Origin: Acidobacteriota bacterium
GTDB lineage: Bacteria > Actinomycetota > Acidimicrobiia > Acidimicrobiales > CADCSY01
Assembly (NCBI GenBank): GCA_019510095.1
Contig: JAEKLB010000020.1
Location: 12,499-76,498 of the forward strand
DNA: 64,000 bases
Direction: 5' to 3'
Part shown: piece after piece, positions 1 through 9,507 of the stretch
How positions within the stretch are numbered: the stretch's first letter is position 1
Layout: the number at the start of each line of letters is the position of its first letter
The notes under the pieces: model-generated
What the model saw: only the letters and a program-made list of their open reading frames with translations
What the model was told of the DNA's origin: nothing
The model's database searches: none
Made by a program: the position numbers and the translations under genes

Positions 1-614
1 GCCTCCGTGCACACCAGCATGCCGCCGAGATAGTCCCACGGGCCGTGCAACCCGATGGTGCAGTCGACCCAGCCGTCGAGCCGGCCGCAGGCCACGGCGC
101 AGAGGTCGAGCGCCGCCGCGCCCAGCGAGCGGAACTGGTGCCAACCAAGATCGGCAGCGGCCAGACCGGTGATGGCGATGACGGCGTCGTCGAGCCGGCG
201 GACCGTGCCGGTGGTGATCGCCGAACCGTTGCGCCGGGCGCCGCCGCCTCGCACCGCGTCGAAGCGCTCCCCCGTTGCCAGGTTCTCGACCAGCGCCACG
301 CGCGCGCCGTCCGCATCGACGGCGCACATGCTCGTCGCGTACCAGGGAATGCCGCGGCTGGCGTTGGTCGATCCGTCGACGGGGTCGACCACCACCACCA
401 GGTCACGTCCGGCCTCGTGCAGGCCCGACTCCTCGCTCAGCACGCCAACGCCGCCGTCGAGGAGGATCGGCACGACCACGTCGTCGGTCACCACGTCGAT
501 GGCGTACTGGCCGGCCCGCTCGGTCATCGGCATGCGATCCTCGACCGCGTGGAGGGCGACCCGGACCGCCGCCGCTGCCCGCTCGAGGAGGTCCAGCACG
601 GCGGCGTCATCCAC
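1..614 (-). CDS. Inositol monophosphatase family protein (3' end runs off window)
   Basis: Manual reverse-strand translation: GTG start, LSEESG, VVVVDPVDGSTNASRGIPWYATS, FRSLGAAALDLCAVACG and PWD motifs. Confidence 0.85.
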   Translation of the reverse strand, partial: MDDAAVLDLLERAAAAVRVALHAVEDRMPMTERAGQYAIDVVTDDVVVPILLDGGVGVLSEESGLHEAGRDLVVVVDPVDGSTNASRGIPWYATSMCAVDADGARVALVENLATGERFDAVRGGGARRNGSAITTGTVRRLDDAVIAITGLAAADLGWHQFRSLGAAALDLCAVACGRLDGWVDCTIGLHGPWDYLGGMLVCTE

Positions 615-662
615 GCCGGGGGAAGGTATCGCCGGCCGGCCCACCCTCTAGCCTCAACGGGG

Positions 663-1232
663 ATGGCCGCCATCGACGTCGCCGGCTACGTCGCCGAGCT
701 CAAGGAGCACGCGGTCGACCACTCGTTCCACGTGCACGACGAGCGGCACTTCGTCGAGACGTACTCCCTGCGCCAGATGTGGGAGGTCGACCTCCACCCC
801 GAGGAGGGCTGCGGCGGGCCCCTCGACCTCCATCTGGCCCTCGAGGTCGACCCCCGGGTGCTGCTGGCGTTCGAGGACCAGTTCCTCGACCTCGACGAGA
901 CCGAGAACCCGCCCGACGAGTACTACTTCCCCCTCGTCTTCACCTGGCAGCTGCCGCCCCTCCCCCACCCGCCCGACCTGCTCCTGCTCGCCACCGAGCT
1001 GGCCGGCATCAGTGGGCCCGACCTCCCCCTCGAGGTCTCGGCCATCGACTCGTTCGGCGCCGTCACCGACGCCCCCGAGCGGTCGGTCACCATCGTCGCC
1101 CGCCAGAGCGTCTCCCTGGCCCGGGTCTGGCTCGGCGAGGAGCTCCTGTGCGAGACCCTCGACCGCTGCATGGCCGTCAGCCGCTTCCTCCTCGACCAGG
1201 CCCCCGCCTGGCTCGGCTCCGACCTCCTGTAG
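663..1232 (+). CDS. Hypothetical acidic protein
   Basis: ATG at 663 within ORF 45..1232; host-like GC3 codon bias; no family recognised. Confidence 0.7.
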   Translation: MAAIDVAGYVAELKEHAVDHSFHVHDERHFVETYSLRQMWEVDLHPEEGCGGPLDLHLALEVDPRVLLAFEDQFLDLDETENPPDEYYFPLVFTWQLPPLPHPPDLLLLATELAGISGPDLPLEVSAIDSFGAVTDAPERSVTIVARQSVSLARVWLGEELLCETLDRCMAVSRFLLDQAPAWLGSDLL

Positions 1233-1274
1233 CTCCGGAGGTCACCGGAGCCGCTGCTACCCTCAACCTTCCTT

Positions 1275-1347
1275 TCCGGGGTGGCGCAATCGGCAGCGCA
1301 GGGCACTGTTAATGCCAAGGTTCTGGGTTCAAGTCCCAGCCCCGGAG
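1275..1347 (+). tRNA. tRNA-Asn (GTT)
   Basis: TCCGGGG/CCCCGGA acceptor stem, anticodon loop CTGTTAA, T-loop GGTTCAAGTCC. Confidence 0.93.
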
Positions 1348-1403
1348 CTCTTCGACCGACCGGGTCGTAACTGATGAGACGCTCGCCCTAGCGTCTCTCG
1401 CCC

Positions 1404-1476
1404 GGGGCAGTAGCTCAATGGTTAGAGCATCGGACTCATAATCCGTCGGTCGCAGGTTCGATCCCTGCCTGCCCCA
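1404..1476 (+). tRNA. tRNA with CAT anticodon, most likely tRNA-Ile2 (lysidine), alternatively elongator Met
   Basis: GGGGCAG/CTGCCCC acceptor stem, CTCATAA anticodon loop, GGTTCGATCC; lacks the initiator C1 mismatch. Confidence 0.88.
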
Positions 1477-1486
1477 CCGCTTCCGG

Positions 1487-2305
1487 CTAGGTAGCAGCGA
1501 CCGGGTTGACCAGGGGGAGCACCCGCTCGACCTGGACCTCGACGACGTCGCCGGGGGCGAGGAAGTCGGTGGCCTGACCGCCCACCCGCCCGGGCGTCCC
1601 GGTGGTGATGACGTCGCCCGGCTCGAGCGTTGTGAAGCGCGACAGCCAGCTGACGACGTAAGGGACGCCGAAGAAGAGCTCGCTGGTGCGAGCCTCCTGG
1701 CGGAGCTCGCCATTGACCAGGGTTCGCAGGCCGATGTCGTCGGGGTCGTCGTACTCGTCGGGTGTCACCACGCTCGCCCCCAGCGGGCAGAACGTGTCGA
1801 ACGACTTGGCCAAGCCCACGTTGCCCATCCCCCGCTGGACGTCGCGTGCGCTGACGTCGTTGCAGGCGGTGACCGCCGCCACGTGGCTCCAGGCCGACAC
1901 CTCGGGGACGTTCGTCGCCCGCCGGCCGATGATCACGGCGACCTCACCCTCGTAGTCGACGAGGTCGGGGGCAGCGGGCGGGATCAATATGGAGGCGCCG
2001 GTGCCGATCACCGCCGAGGTGACCTTGATGAAGACCCGGGGCACCTCGGGCCGCTCGTTGCCGGTCTCCTCGCCGTGCTTGAGGTAGTTGATCCCGATGC
2101 CCCAGACCTTTCCCGGGCGCAGCACCGGAGCCAGGACGTCGGCACCGAGCACCGGCCGCCGGTCACGGACGCCGGCGATGGCCAGGCCCTGAAGGGTCTC
2201 CTGGTCCTCGAGCACGGCACCGACATCGGGCCACGGCACGTCGAGCACAGCCAGGCTCTCGCCCTCGACCCGGGCGATGCCGTCGCGCAGCGTCACCAGC
2301 TGCAC
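1487..2305 (-). CDS. Fumarylacetoacetate hydrolase family protein
   Basis: GINY..H, VDYEGE, NDVSARD, AKSFDTFCPLG, LEPGDVITTGTP; GTG start at 2305. Confidence 0.9.
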   Translation of the reverse strand: MQLVTLRDGIARVEGESLAVLDVPWPDVGAVLEDQETLQGLAIAGVRDRRPVLGADVLAPVLRPGKVWGIGINYLKHGEETGNERPEVPRVFIKVTSAVIGTGASILIPPAAPDLVDYEGEVAVIIGRRATNVPEVSAWSHVAAVTACNDVSARDVQRGMGNVGLAKSFDTFCPLGASVVTPDEYDDPDDIGLRTLVNGELRQEARTSELFFGVPYVVSWLSRFTTLEPGDVITTGTPGRVGGQATDFLAPGDVVEVQVERVLPLVNPVAAT

Positions 2306-2316
2306 GGCGCGTCTGC

Positions 2317-2772
2317 TCAGGCCTCGCCGGCGGCGGCAAGGGCGGCCTCGAAGCCGGCCACCGCAGCCTCGGCGATCTTCACGTCGTCCTGGTACTTGCC
2401 GCCGCTGACCCCCACACCACCGACGCAGCGCCCACCGGCCATGAGCGGGTAGCCGCCAGGCACGAGGAAGGTCGTCGGGTTCTGGGTCACGGCGCGGAAG
2501 AGTACGTCGTCGTGCTTGAGCCGGCTCTCGATGAAGTCCTCGGTGCTGCGGCCCCTCGTACCCGAGTAGGTGGCCTTTCCGGTGGCGGCGTTGACGGTGC
2601 TCGCGCCCGGGCCGTCCATCCGGGCCACGGCGACGATGCCACCCGCCACGTCGACCACCGAGATCGTTGCCTCGAGCCCGAGCTCGACGGCCCGGGCGAT
2701 GCCAGCCTCGATGGCGGCCATGGCCCCCCTGTACGTCACCCGGTCCTGTCGCATCACCAGGGCGTCGTCCAT
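2317..2772 (-). CDS. GlcG/HbpS family heme-binding protein
   Basis: ISVVDVAGG..ARMDG, A.GKA.YS, PGGYPL, VGGVGVSGG...DD. Confidence 0.85.
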   Translation of the reverse strand: MDDALVMRQDRVTYRGAMAAIEAGIARAVELGLEATISVVDVAGGIVAVARMDGPGASTVNAATGKATYSGTRGRSTEDFIESRLKHDDVLFRAVTQNPTTFLVPGGYPLMAGGRCVGGVGVSGGKYQDDVKIAEAAVAGFEAALAAAGEA

Positions 2773-2881
2773 CTGCGCTCCTCGATCTCGTGGGACGGCA
2801 GGGATTGTTGGACACGGGCCAGCCCGCCGCCTACCGTCGCGGATTGTATACGGTTTCTCCTGAGGGGAAAGAGGGCCTGCC

Positions 2882-4033
2882 ATGCGAGTGATTGACATCG
2901 ACACCCACGTCGACCCGTCGATGGAGGTGCTCCACGAGCACGCCGACGCCGCGCTGCGAGCCCGCTGGGACGAGTTCACGCCCTACATGAACCTGACCAA
3001 GCAACAGGGCAGGAGCAACCTTTCCGTCTATCCGTTCGCCTACGGCCGCCAGTTCCGGACGTCGGGCCAGGAGATGGACCCGACCGGCGCGGGCGGCAAG
3101 GGCGCCCTCGAGGGCAAGACCCGCCAGGTCGGCCGCAAGAGCCCGGCCGCCGACGTCCGCCACGGCAACGTCGAGGGACGCCTCGCCGACATGGACGAGG
3201 AGGGCGTCGACCTCCAGGTGATCATCCCCGGGACCTGGGCGCTGGGCGCCAGCGCCCTCGACGCCGAGCTGGCGAAGGGCTTGTACGAGGCATACCACCG
3301 CTTCCAGAACGCCTACTGCGGCGCCAACCTCAACCGGCTCAAGGGCCTGGTCGTGGCCCATGCCGGCGATCCGGCGTGGTCGGCGCTGCAGATCAAGTCA
3401 CTGCAGGACGAGCGCTGGGTCAGCGGGGTGATGCTCGTGTTGCCCGAGGGCATCCCGGTCGACGACCCCGAGCTCGATCCCATCTGGGACGCCATGGCCG
3501 ATGCCGACCTCCCGCTCGTGTACCACTCGTTCTTCTACGAGCCGCCCTACTTCCCCGGCTACCGCGACGTGTGGGGCAACCTGGCCGTCGCCCGCACCGC
3601 CGCCCACCCATGGGGCGCCCAGCGAATCCTCGCCTACCTCTTGCTGAGCGGCATGCTCGACCGCTGGCCCACGCTCCGTGTCGGCTTCGCCGAGACGGGA
3701 GCCGGCTGGCTCCCCAACTGGCTGCTGCGCCTCAACTTCATGGCCGACTACCTCTCGTCGTCGGTGCCGGAGACCAAGTACACCCCGCTCGAGTACGCGG
3801 CCCGGGGCAACGTGTTCTGCGGGATCCAGCTCTACGAGGGCGCGCTCATGGCCAAGGCGATCAACGACATCTGCGGTGACGGCGTGCTCATGTACCAGTC
3901 GGACTACCCGCACGGCGAGTGCCAGTTCCCTGAGTCGGTGAACGTGGTCCTCGACTGGGCACCAACCCTCGGCGAGACGGCCATGGAGAAGCTGATGGCC
4001 GGCAATGCCGAGCGGTTCCTCCGCCTGATCTGA
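2882..4033 (+). CDS. Amidohydrolase family protein (amidohydro_2-like)
   Basis: IDIDTH, RLADMDEEGVD, FAETGAGWLP, SDYPH, NAERF. Confidence 0.9.
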   Translation: MRVIDIDTHVDPSMEVLHEHADAALRARWDEFTPYMNLTKQQGRSNLSVYPFAYGRQFRTSGQEMDPTGAGGKGALEGKTRQVGRKSPAADVRHGNVEGRLADMDEEGVDLQVIIPGTWALGASALDAELAKGLYEAYHRFQNAYCGANLNRLKGLVVAHAGDPAWSALQIKSLQDERWVSGVMLVLPEGIPVDDPELDPIWDAMADADLPLVYHSFFYEPPYFPGYRDVWGNLAVARTAAHPWGAQRILAYLLLSGMLDRWPTLRVGFAETGAGWLPNWLLRLNFMADYLSSSVPETKYTPLEYAARGNVFCGIQLYEGALMAKAINDICGDGVLMYQSDYPHGECQFPESVNVVLDWAPTLGETAMEKLMAGNAERFLRLI

Positions 4034-4039
4034 CTCAGG

Positions 4040-4687
4040 TCAACGCGCCGGGCCGCCCGACAGCGAGGTCCGCACGGCCTCGACGTGAGCGACCGCCAAG
4101 GCGCCCGCGGCCTTCTCGTCGTGGGCGGCGACCGCGACCAGCAGTCGGCGGTGTTCCTCCAACGACTCCGCGGCTCGTGCGGACGCGGTCTCCTGGAAGA
4201 GCTTCTGCATCCGGCCCCGGAGCGGCAACAGCACGTCGCGCAGGTAGACGTTGTCGGCCAGGTCGAGCATCGCCTCGTGGAACCGGCGGTTGAGCACGGC
4301 CACCCGGCGAAGGTCGGCACGGGCCACCGCCCGGTTGGCTGACTCGAGCAGCTGCTCGATCTTGGCGATCTCGCGCTCAGTGGCGTTGCGCGCTGCGGTG
4401 CGAGCCACAACCGCCTCGAGCGCGGCCCGCACGTCGAAGATGTCGGACACGTCCTTCTCCGACAGCCGGGCGACGAAGGCCCCCCGGCGGGGCTTCATCT
4501 CGACGAAACCCTCGGCCTCCAGCACCCGCAGCGCCTCGCGCACCGGGTTGCGCGACACGCCGAGCTCGTCGGCGAGCCGGTCCTCGACGAGGCGGCCCCC
4601 GGCGGGATGGGTGCCCTCGATGATCTGCTGGCGGATCTTGTCGCAGACGGTGTCCCGCAGCAGGGGCCGGTCCGTCGCCGCCGTCAC
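4040..4687 (-). CDS. GntR family transcriptional regulator (FCD domain)
   Basis: LADELGVSRNPVREALRVLEAEG HTH; NRRFH and EEH motifs; start approximate. Confidence 0.9.
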   Translation of the reverse strand: MTAATDRPLLRDTVCDKIRQQIIEGTHPAGGRLVEDRLADELGVSRNPVREALRVLEAEGFVEMKPRRGAFVARLSEKDVSDIFDVRAALEAVVARTAARNATEREIAKIEQLLESANRAVARADLRRVAVLNRRFHEAMLDLADNVYLRDVLLPLRGRMQKLFQETASARAAESLEEHRRLLVAVAAHDEKAAGALAVAHVEAVRTSLSGGPAR

Positions 4688-4727
4688 GCCGCCAACTGTA
4701 TACAGCCGTAGCCCAGAGAACGGATCG

Positions 4728-6140
4728 TCAGCTGCCGCTGCGCACGTGTACGACGGCACCACCGCGTCGTGGATCGCTCCCCCCGCTGAGCGACCCGCCC
4801 ACAGTGCGAACGACCTGGCACCCGCCGAACCCACCGTTGCCGGGGTCGCGCCCGACGACCTCGGGCATGCGCGCCGCCAGCTCGTGGCCGGGCTCGGCGG
4901 TCAGCTGACCCCCGGGCAACACGCGGAACCGAGGGGCGTCCACCGCGTCCTGCGGCGCCATGCCGTGGGCGAGCAGGTTCACGAGCACCTGAATCTGACC
5001 CTGGGCCTGCATGTAGCCGCCCACCACCCCGATCACGTGCGAGAGAGCACCGTCGCGGGTCACGAGCGCGGGGATCGTCGTGTGAGGTGGCTTGCCCGGT
5101 CGCGGCCGCTCCCCGATCACCGACGTGCCGGTCGCCCGGTTCTGCAAGGGGCCCCCGATGGCGTCGACACCCACCGTCGAGCCGAACTCGGAGAACACGC
5201 TCGTGATGAGCGACACCCCAAGGCCGTCGGCGTCGATCGCCGCGATGTAGGTGGTGTCGCCCCGGCCGGCGCCGGCGCGGCCACCTGGCCGGAAGTCGAC
5301 GCCGGTGACCAACATCCCGGCGGTGATCGCGTCGATCAGGGAATCGGTGTCGAACCGACCGCCCTCCTCGAGCATCGCCAACGCGGTGAGCACGGCCCGG
5401 CCCTGGGTCGGCGGGGGGAGCTCCCAGACGTCGGTGCCCTGGAACGAGGTGGAGATCGGCGTCATCGGGCTGGTGGCATGGGCCCGCAGGTCGGCGATGT
5501 CGAGGTAGCCGCCCACCTCCTGTGACCGCTCGGCGATGGCGTCGGCAAGGTGGCCCTCGTAGAGCGGGCGGGCCCCTTCCTTGGCGACGACGTCGAGGGC
5601 CTCGGCCAGCCGCTCGTTCCTCACCACCTCGCCGATCTCGACCGGCCGGCCGCCCGGCAGGTAGAGCGGCGCCAGCACCCGGTCCTCGGCGAGGAGCGCC
5701 GCCATCTTGGCCGCCGACGCGGCCAGCGAGGCGCGCACGCCGAAGCCCTCACGGGCTGCCTGCCTGGCCGGCGCGCTGGCCCGATCGAGGCCGATGGTGC
5801 CGTACTGGGCCAGCGCCGTCTCGAACAGATCCATGGCGCCGGGGACGGTGAAGGTGCGCGCTCCAGTGCGGGGAACCGGTTCGAACTCGTCGCCGGCTCC
5901 CGCGGCGGCGAGCGCCGCCGGTATCGCGCCACAGCCATCGAGCGCCACCGGCGACCCCGACGGTCCTTGGAGCAGGACAAAGGCATCGCCTCCCATCCCG
6001 CAGGCGTGCGGTTCGACCACGAGGAGCAGCAGCGCGGCCGTGACCGCCGCGTCGAGGGCGTTGCCCCCCTCCCGGAGGACCTCGGCGCCGGCCTCCGACG
6101 CACGCGGATCGCTGGTCGCGATCATCCCGTCGCTGGTCAC
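4728..6140 (-). CDS. Gamma-glutamyltransferase family protein
   Basis: GGNALDAAV, EPHACGMGGD, DTTYIAAID (nucleophile Thr), SDPRRGG; GTGA overlap with the upstream gene. Confidence 0.88.
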   Translation of the reverse strand: MTSDGMIATSDPRASEAGAEVLREGGNALDAAVTAALLLLVVEPHACGMGGDAFVLLQGPSGSPVALDGCGAIPAALAAAGAGDEFEPVPRTGARTFTVPGAMDLFETALAQYGTIGLDRASAPARQAAREGFGVRASLAASAAKMAALLAEDRVLAPLYLPGGRPVEIGEVVRNERLAEALDVVAKEGARPLYEGHLADAIAERSQEVGGYLDIADLRAHATSPMTPISTSFQGTDVWELPPPTQGRAVLTALAMLEEGGRFDTDSLIDAITAGMLVTGVDFRPGGRAGAGRGDTTYIAAIDADGLGVSLITSVFSEFGSTVGVDAIGGPLQNRATGTSVIGERPRPGKPPHTTIPALVTRDGALSHVIGVVGGYMQAQGQIQVLVNLLAHGMAPQDAVDAPRFRVLPGGQLTAEPGHELAARMPEVVGRDPGNGGFGGCQVVRTVGGSLSGGSDPRRGGAVVHVRSGS

Positions 6141-6604
6141 GAGCCGCGCAGGCGGACGACCATGTCGAGCTCGACACTCGCGCCGCGCGGCAGGGCAGCC
6201 ACGCCCACGGTGGTCCGGGCGCTGCGGCCGGCCTCGCCGAAGACCTGGATGAGCAGCTCTGACGCACCATCGAGCACCGGCGGCAGATCGGTGAACTCGG
6301 GCACCGCGCGCACGTAGCCGGTGACCTTCAGCACCCGCTCGACGCGGTCGAGCCCGCCGATCGCGACGGCCAGCGTGCCGAGGCTGCGGAGGCACGCGCC
6401 GCGAGCCGACTGCTTCCCGTCCTCAACGGTGAGCTCCGCGCCGAGGCGGCCGACCGACGCCGGCTCGTTGTTCTCGATGGCGACCGTTCCCGACGTGTAG
6501 GCGATGTTGCCGTCGATCACCACTGGTGTGTAGGCGCCGGCCGGCGGGCGCGGCGCGGGCAGCTCGAGGCCCAACGCCTTCAGGCGATCGTCGATCTCGC
6601 TCAC
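6137..6604 (-). CDS. RidA/YjgF family protein
   Basis: LGLELP..P.PAGAY, GASELLIQVFGEAGRSARTTVGVAALP..VEL. Confidence 0.9.
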   Translation of the reverse strand: MSEIDDRLKALGLELPAPRPPAGAYTPVVIDGNIAYTSGTVAIENNEPASVGRLGAELTVEDGKQSARGACLRSLGTLAVAIGGLDRVERVLKVTGYVRAVPEFTDLPPVLDGASELLIQVFGEAGRSARTTVGVAALPRGASVELDMVVRLRGS

Positions 6605-6740
6605 CGCGCACCCCCCACGGAACCGCACCACGAGCGATTCGCGGCTGTCACGGTACGCGACCTCGCCACCGGGCCGCTCAGAGTCGCGACGCCAACACCC
6701 TGGCACCTCCGTTCGACGACAACGCCACCTAACGTGCGGC

Positions 6741-6986
6741 GTGGTGCGCGCACTGCGATTCCTGCTCATCGCGGTGTTGGCGCCGGTTGGTGCCCTCCTG
6801 GGCGTCGACGCGGCGGCCGACGTCATCCGCGGCCTTCTCGGCGAGCAGCCCGGGCCGCTCGGGCTGATCCTGGTGATCACCATCGGGACCGCGGCCTTCC
6901 TGGCCTTCCGGCACCTCGCCGACGCCGCCGCTGCCGCGCTGACCGACCGGCTGGCCCGGACGGGCACGCCCGACCAGCACGACTGA
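6741..6986 (+). CDS. Small hypothetical membrane protein
   Basis: 81 aa, two hydrophobic segments, host-like codon usage. Confidence 0.55.
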   Translation: MVRALRFLLIAVLAPVGALLGVDAAADVIRGLLGEQPGPLGLILVITIGTAAFLAFRHLADAAAAALTDRLARTGTPDQHD

Positions 6987-7011
6987 GAAGGCTCGCGGGT
7001 CCGGCGGGGCG

Positions 7012-7170
7012 CTACTCCTCACCCTGCAGGCCATCGGGCTGCTGTAGCCGCGCGTCCAACTCGTCGATCAGCGCCCGGGACTGCCGGAGCAGCTCCTCAC
7101 CCTGCTCGTAGACGCGCTCGTACGGCGGCTCCGGCACGTCATCGGGTTGCGGATCGAGGGGGTCCGCCAT
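7012..7170 (-). CDS. Small acidic hypothetical protein (52 aa)
   Basis: Manual translation MADPLDPQPDDVPEPPYERVYEQGEELLRQSRALIDELDARL...; not in the ORF track. Confidence 0.45.
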   Translation of the reverse strand: MADPLDPQPDDVPEPPYERVYEQGEELLRQSRALIDELDARLQQPDGLQGEE

Positions 7171-7290
7171 GGCGCCCCGCAGCTACCCAAAGTCCACCCG
7201 CCGTACACATCGGTCGAATCGACGGCGGGCGCCGGAGCCCGGCCGTCGGCCCCGGCGCCGTGGCCGACCTCATGAGTACCGTTTGCCGCA

Positions 7291-8868
7291 GTGTGGCAGC
7301 CCGAGCTCGACTACCCGGCCACGATCCCGGGCCTGCTCCGCCACATGACCGAGCGATTCGCCGATCGCGACTGCGTGGTCACCGACGTCGATCGGCTCAC
7401 CTACCGAGAGGTCGACGAGCGGTCCCGTGCGCTCGCCAAGCGCCTCCTTGCCCATGGTGTCGGCAAGGGCGCCCGCATCGGCGGCCACTTCCCCTACGGC
7501 ACCGACTGGATCGTGTCGTGGCTCGCGGTCACCCGGATCGGGGCTGTGTACATGCCGTTCAGCACCGCCTTCAAGCCGGGTGAGCTCCGAAAGGCGCTTC
7601 GCCACGGTGACGTAGCGCTGCTGCTCGCACCTCGCTCCCTCTTCGGCAGCGATCACCGGGGGTTCGTGACCGACGCGGTGCCCGGCCTGGCCGACCGAGC
7701 GCCCGGTCCGCTACACCTGGCCGAGCTGCCCTACCTGCGCGACGTCTGGTTCGACCTCGACGACAGCGCGGGTGCCGACATCTCCGACGAGCTGCTCGAC
7801 GCCGTCGAGTCCGAGGTCTCCCCCGCCGACGTTGCCATCACGATCTACACCTCCGGCACGACGAGTGAGCCCAAGGGAGTGCTGCACACCCATGGCGCCC
7901 TCGTCCGCAAGGGCGCGCAGCTCGCCGCGCTCCAGGCATGGACCGCCGACGATCGCATCTTCTGCGGCATGCCCTTCTTCTGGGTCGGCGGTGTGGGCAT
8001 GACCGTCGTTCCATCGCTCCACGTCGGTGCCGCCCTCCTCTGCATCGACAGGACCGAGCCGATCCGCTCGCTCGACCTCATGCAGCGCGAGGCGGCCACC
8101 AAGCTCACCGGCTGGCCCGGCGTGATCGGCCCCATCACCACCGATCCCACCGCTGCCGATCGAGGGATCCCAGCCCTCCACCGCCCGCTGTCGCTGGTCG
8201 GCGCCAGGCACAGCTCGCTGGGCATGACCGAGACGATCGCGTCGTACACCTATGCCACCCCCGAGCAGCAGGCCGTGCCGCTGCCCGAGGGGCACACCGG
8301 ATCGATGGGCTGGATCATCGACGGCGCCGAGGTCCGCATCGCCGACCCCGACACGCTCGAGCCGCTCGCCGACGGCGAGGAGGGCGCCATCCTCGTGCGC
8401 GGCTACTTCGTCATGCAGGGCATGGTGAAGCGAGAGCGGGAGGACGTGTTCACGCCCGACGGCTTCTACAACACCGGCGACAAGGGCTACTTGCTGGGCG
8501 ACAACCTGTACCTCAAGGGTCGGCTCACCGAGATGATCAAGACCTCGGGCAACAACGTGGCCCCGCCCGAGGTCGAGGCCGTGCTGCGGTCGTTCCCCGA
8601 GGTCAAGGACGCCCATGTCCTGGGCGTGCCCGACGCCGAGCGGGGCGAGCTCGTGGCCGCCCTGGTGATCCCGGCCGACGGCGCCGACCCCGATCCCGAC
8701 GACCTGCGGGAGCGGGCCCGGGCCGAGCTCTCCAACTTCAAGGTCCCCCGCGTCGTGGTGCTGGCGAGGGAGGACGAGCTGCCGTGGCTGGCCACCGGCA
8801 AGCCCGACCGGCTGGCGATCAGAGCCATGCTCGCCGACGCTGTGGCCCGGCGACCAGCCTCGGGTTGA
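7291..8868 (+). CDS. Acyl-CoA synthetase (AMP-binding, class I adenylate-forming)
   Basis: YTSGTTSEPKG P-loop, GMTET, TGD, GR..EMIKTSGNNV.P.EVE, TGK. Confidence 0.92.
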   Translation: MWQPELDYPATIPGLLRHMTERFADRDCVVTDVDRLTYREVDERSRALAKRLLAHGVGKGARIGGHFPYGTDWIVSWLAVTRIGAVYMPFSTAFKPGELRKALRHGDVALLLAPRSLFGSDHRGFVTDAVPGLADRAPGPLHLAELPYLRDVWFDLDDSAGADISDELLDAVESEVSPADVAITIYTSGTTSEPKGVLHTHGALVRKGAQLAALQAWTADDRIFCGMPFFWVGGVGMTVVPSLHVGAALLCIDRTEPIRSLDLMQREAATKLTGWPGVIGPITTDPTAADRGIPALHRPLSLVGARHSSLGMTETIASYTYATPEQQAVPLPEGHTGSMGWIIDGAEVRIADPDTLEPLADGEEGAILVRGYFVMQGMVKREREDVFTPDGFYNTGDKGYLLGDNLYLKGRLTEMIKTSGNNVAPPEVEAVLRSFPEVKDAHVLGVPDAERGELVAALVIPADGADPDPDDLRERARAELSNFKVPRVVVLAREDELPWLATGKPDRLAIRAMLADAVARRPASG

Positions 8869-8885
8869 CCCCGACTTTCGGGGTG
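8869..8885 (+). terminator. Hairpin after the acyl-CoA synthetase stop
   Basis: CCCCGA-CTT-TCGGGG stem-loop; no U-tract. Confidence 0.35.
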
Positions 8886-8927
8886 ACTGGTGACTTGGCG
8901 TTCCCATCACGCCTACCGTTCGTCGGA

Positions 8928-9137
8928 ATGAAGTACCTGATCGGAGCCGTCGCCGGATGGTGGTTGTTCTTCATCCCGTGGGCGATCTACGACGCGGTCG
9001 CGGATACCAGTGGAGCGAACGTCTACGCGGGTGCGCTCTGGGGCTGTCTCGCGACAGCGGTCGTGTTCTTCCTTGCTGATCGGGCGGACGCCGGCAATCC
9101 GGTCAGACCCCCGAACTGGGTCCGTCGCTGGTGGTAG
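8928..9137 (+). CDS. Small Trp-rich membrane protein
   Basis: MKYLIGAVAGWWLFFIPWAIY...; two hydrophobic segments. Confidence 0.55.
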   Translation: MKYLIGAVAGWWLFFIPWAIYDAVADTSGANVYAGALWGCLATAVVFFLADRADAGNPVRPPNWVRRWW

Positions 9138-9297
9138 CCCCGATGGGCTGACCGGCAGGAGTCCCGGCCCAGCAGCGGGAAATTTCCCGGAGGGTCGGTC
9201 CGGACGGTCTCCGCCACAACCGGACAGACAGCCGGGGAAACTGCCCGATCGACCCTGCGCTGTGTGCTGTCACACGTCGGTCGTAGCCTTGGGGCCT

Positions 9298-9489
9298 ATG
9301 ACGAGAACCGCAGTTGGTGGCAAGGACGGCCCGAGTCCGTTGGCAATGGCAGTCGCCATGGGCTTGGTGTCGGCCGGCACATACACGTTGACCCGGAACC
9401 TGAAGGGCGCAGCTAAGGCCGGAGCAATGGCGATGGCGACCCCCCTGGTTCCAGTGGTGGCGACCTTCCTGACCGAACTAGGCCTCTAG
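9298..9489 (+). CDS. Small hydrophobic hypothetical protein
   Basis: ATG 8 nt after a TAGCCT -10-like hexamer; 63 aa, Ala/Gly/Met-rich. Confidence 0.4.
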   Translation: MTRTAVGGKDGPSPLAMAVAMGLVSAGTYTLTRNLKGAAKAGAMAMATPLVPVVATFLTELGL

Positions 9490-9507
9490 CTCAGTCCAGC
9501 CTGAGAA

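Noticed and set aside
1232..1252. GCTCCGG..CCGGAGC as an att duplicate of the tRNA-Asn 3' end
   Set aside because: Only a 7-bp match and it lies upstream of the tRNA; better explained as a simple terminator-like hairpin
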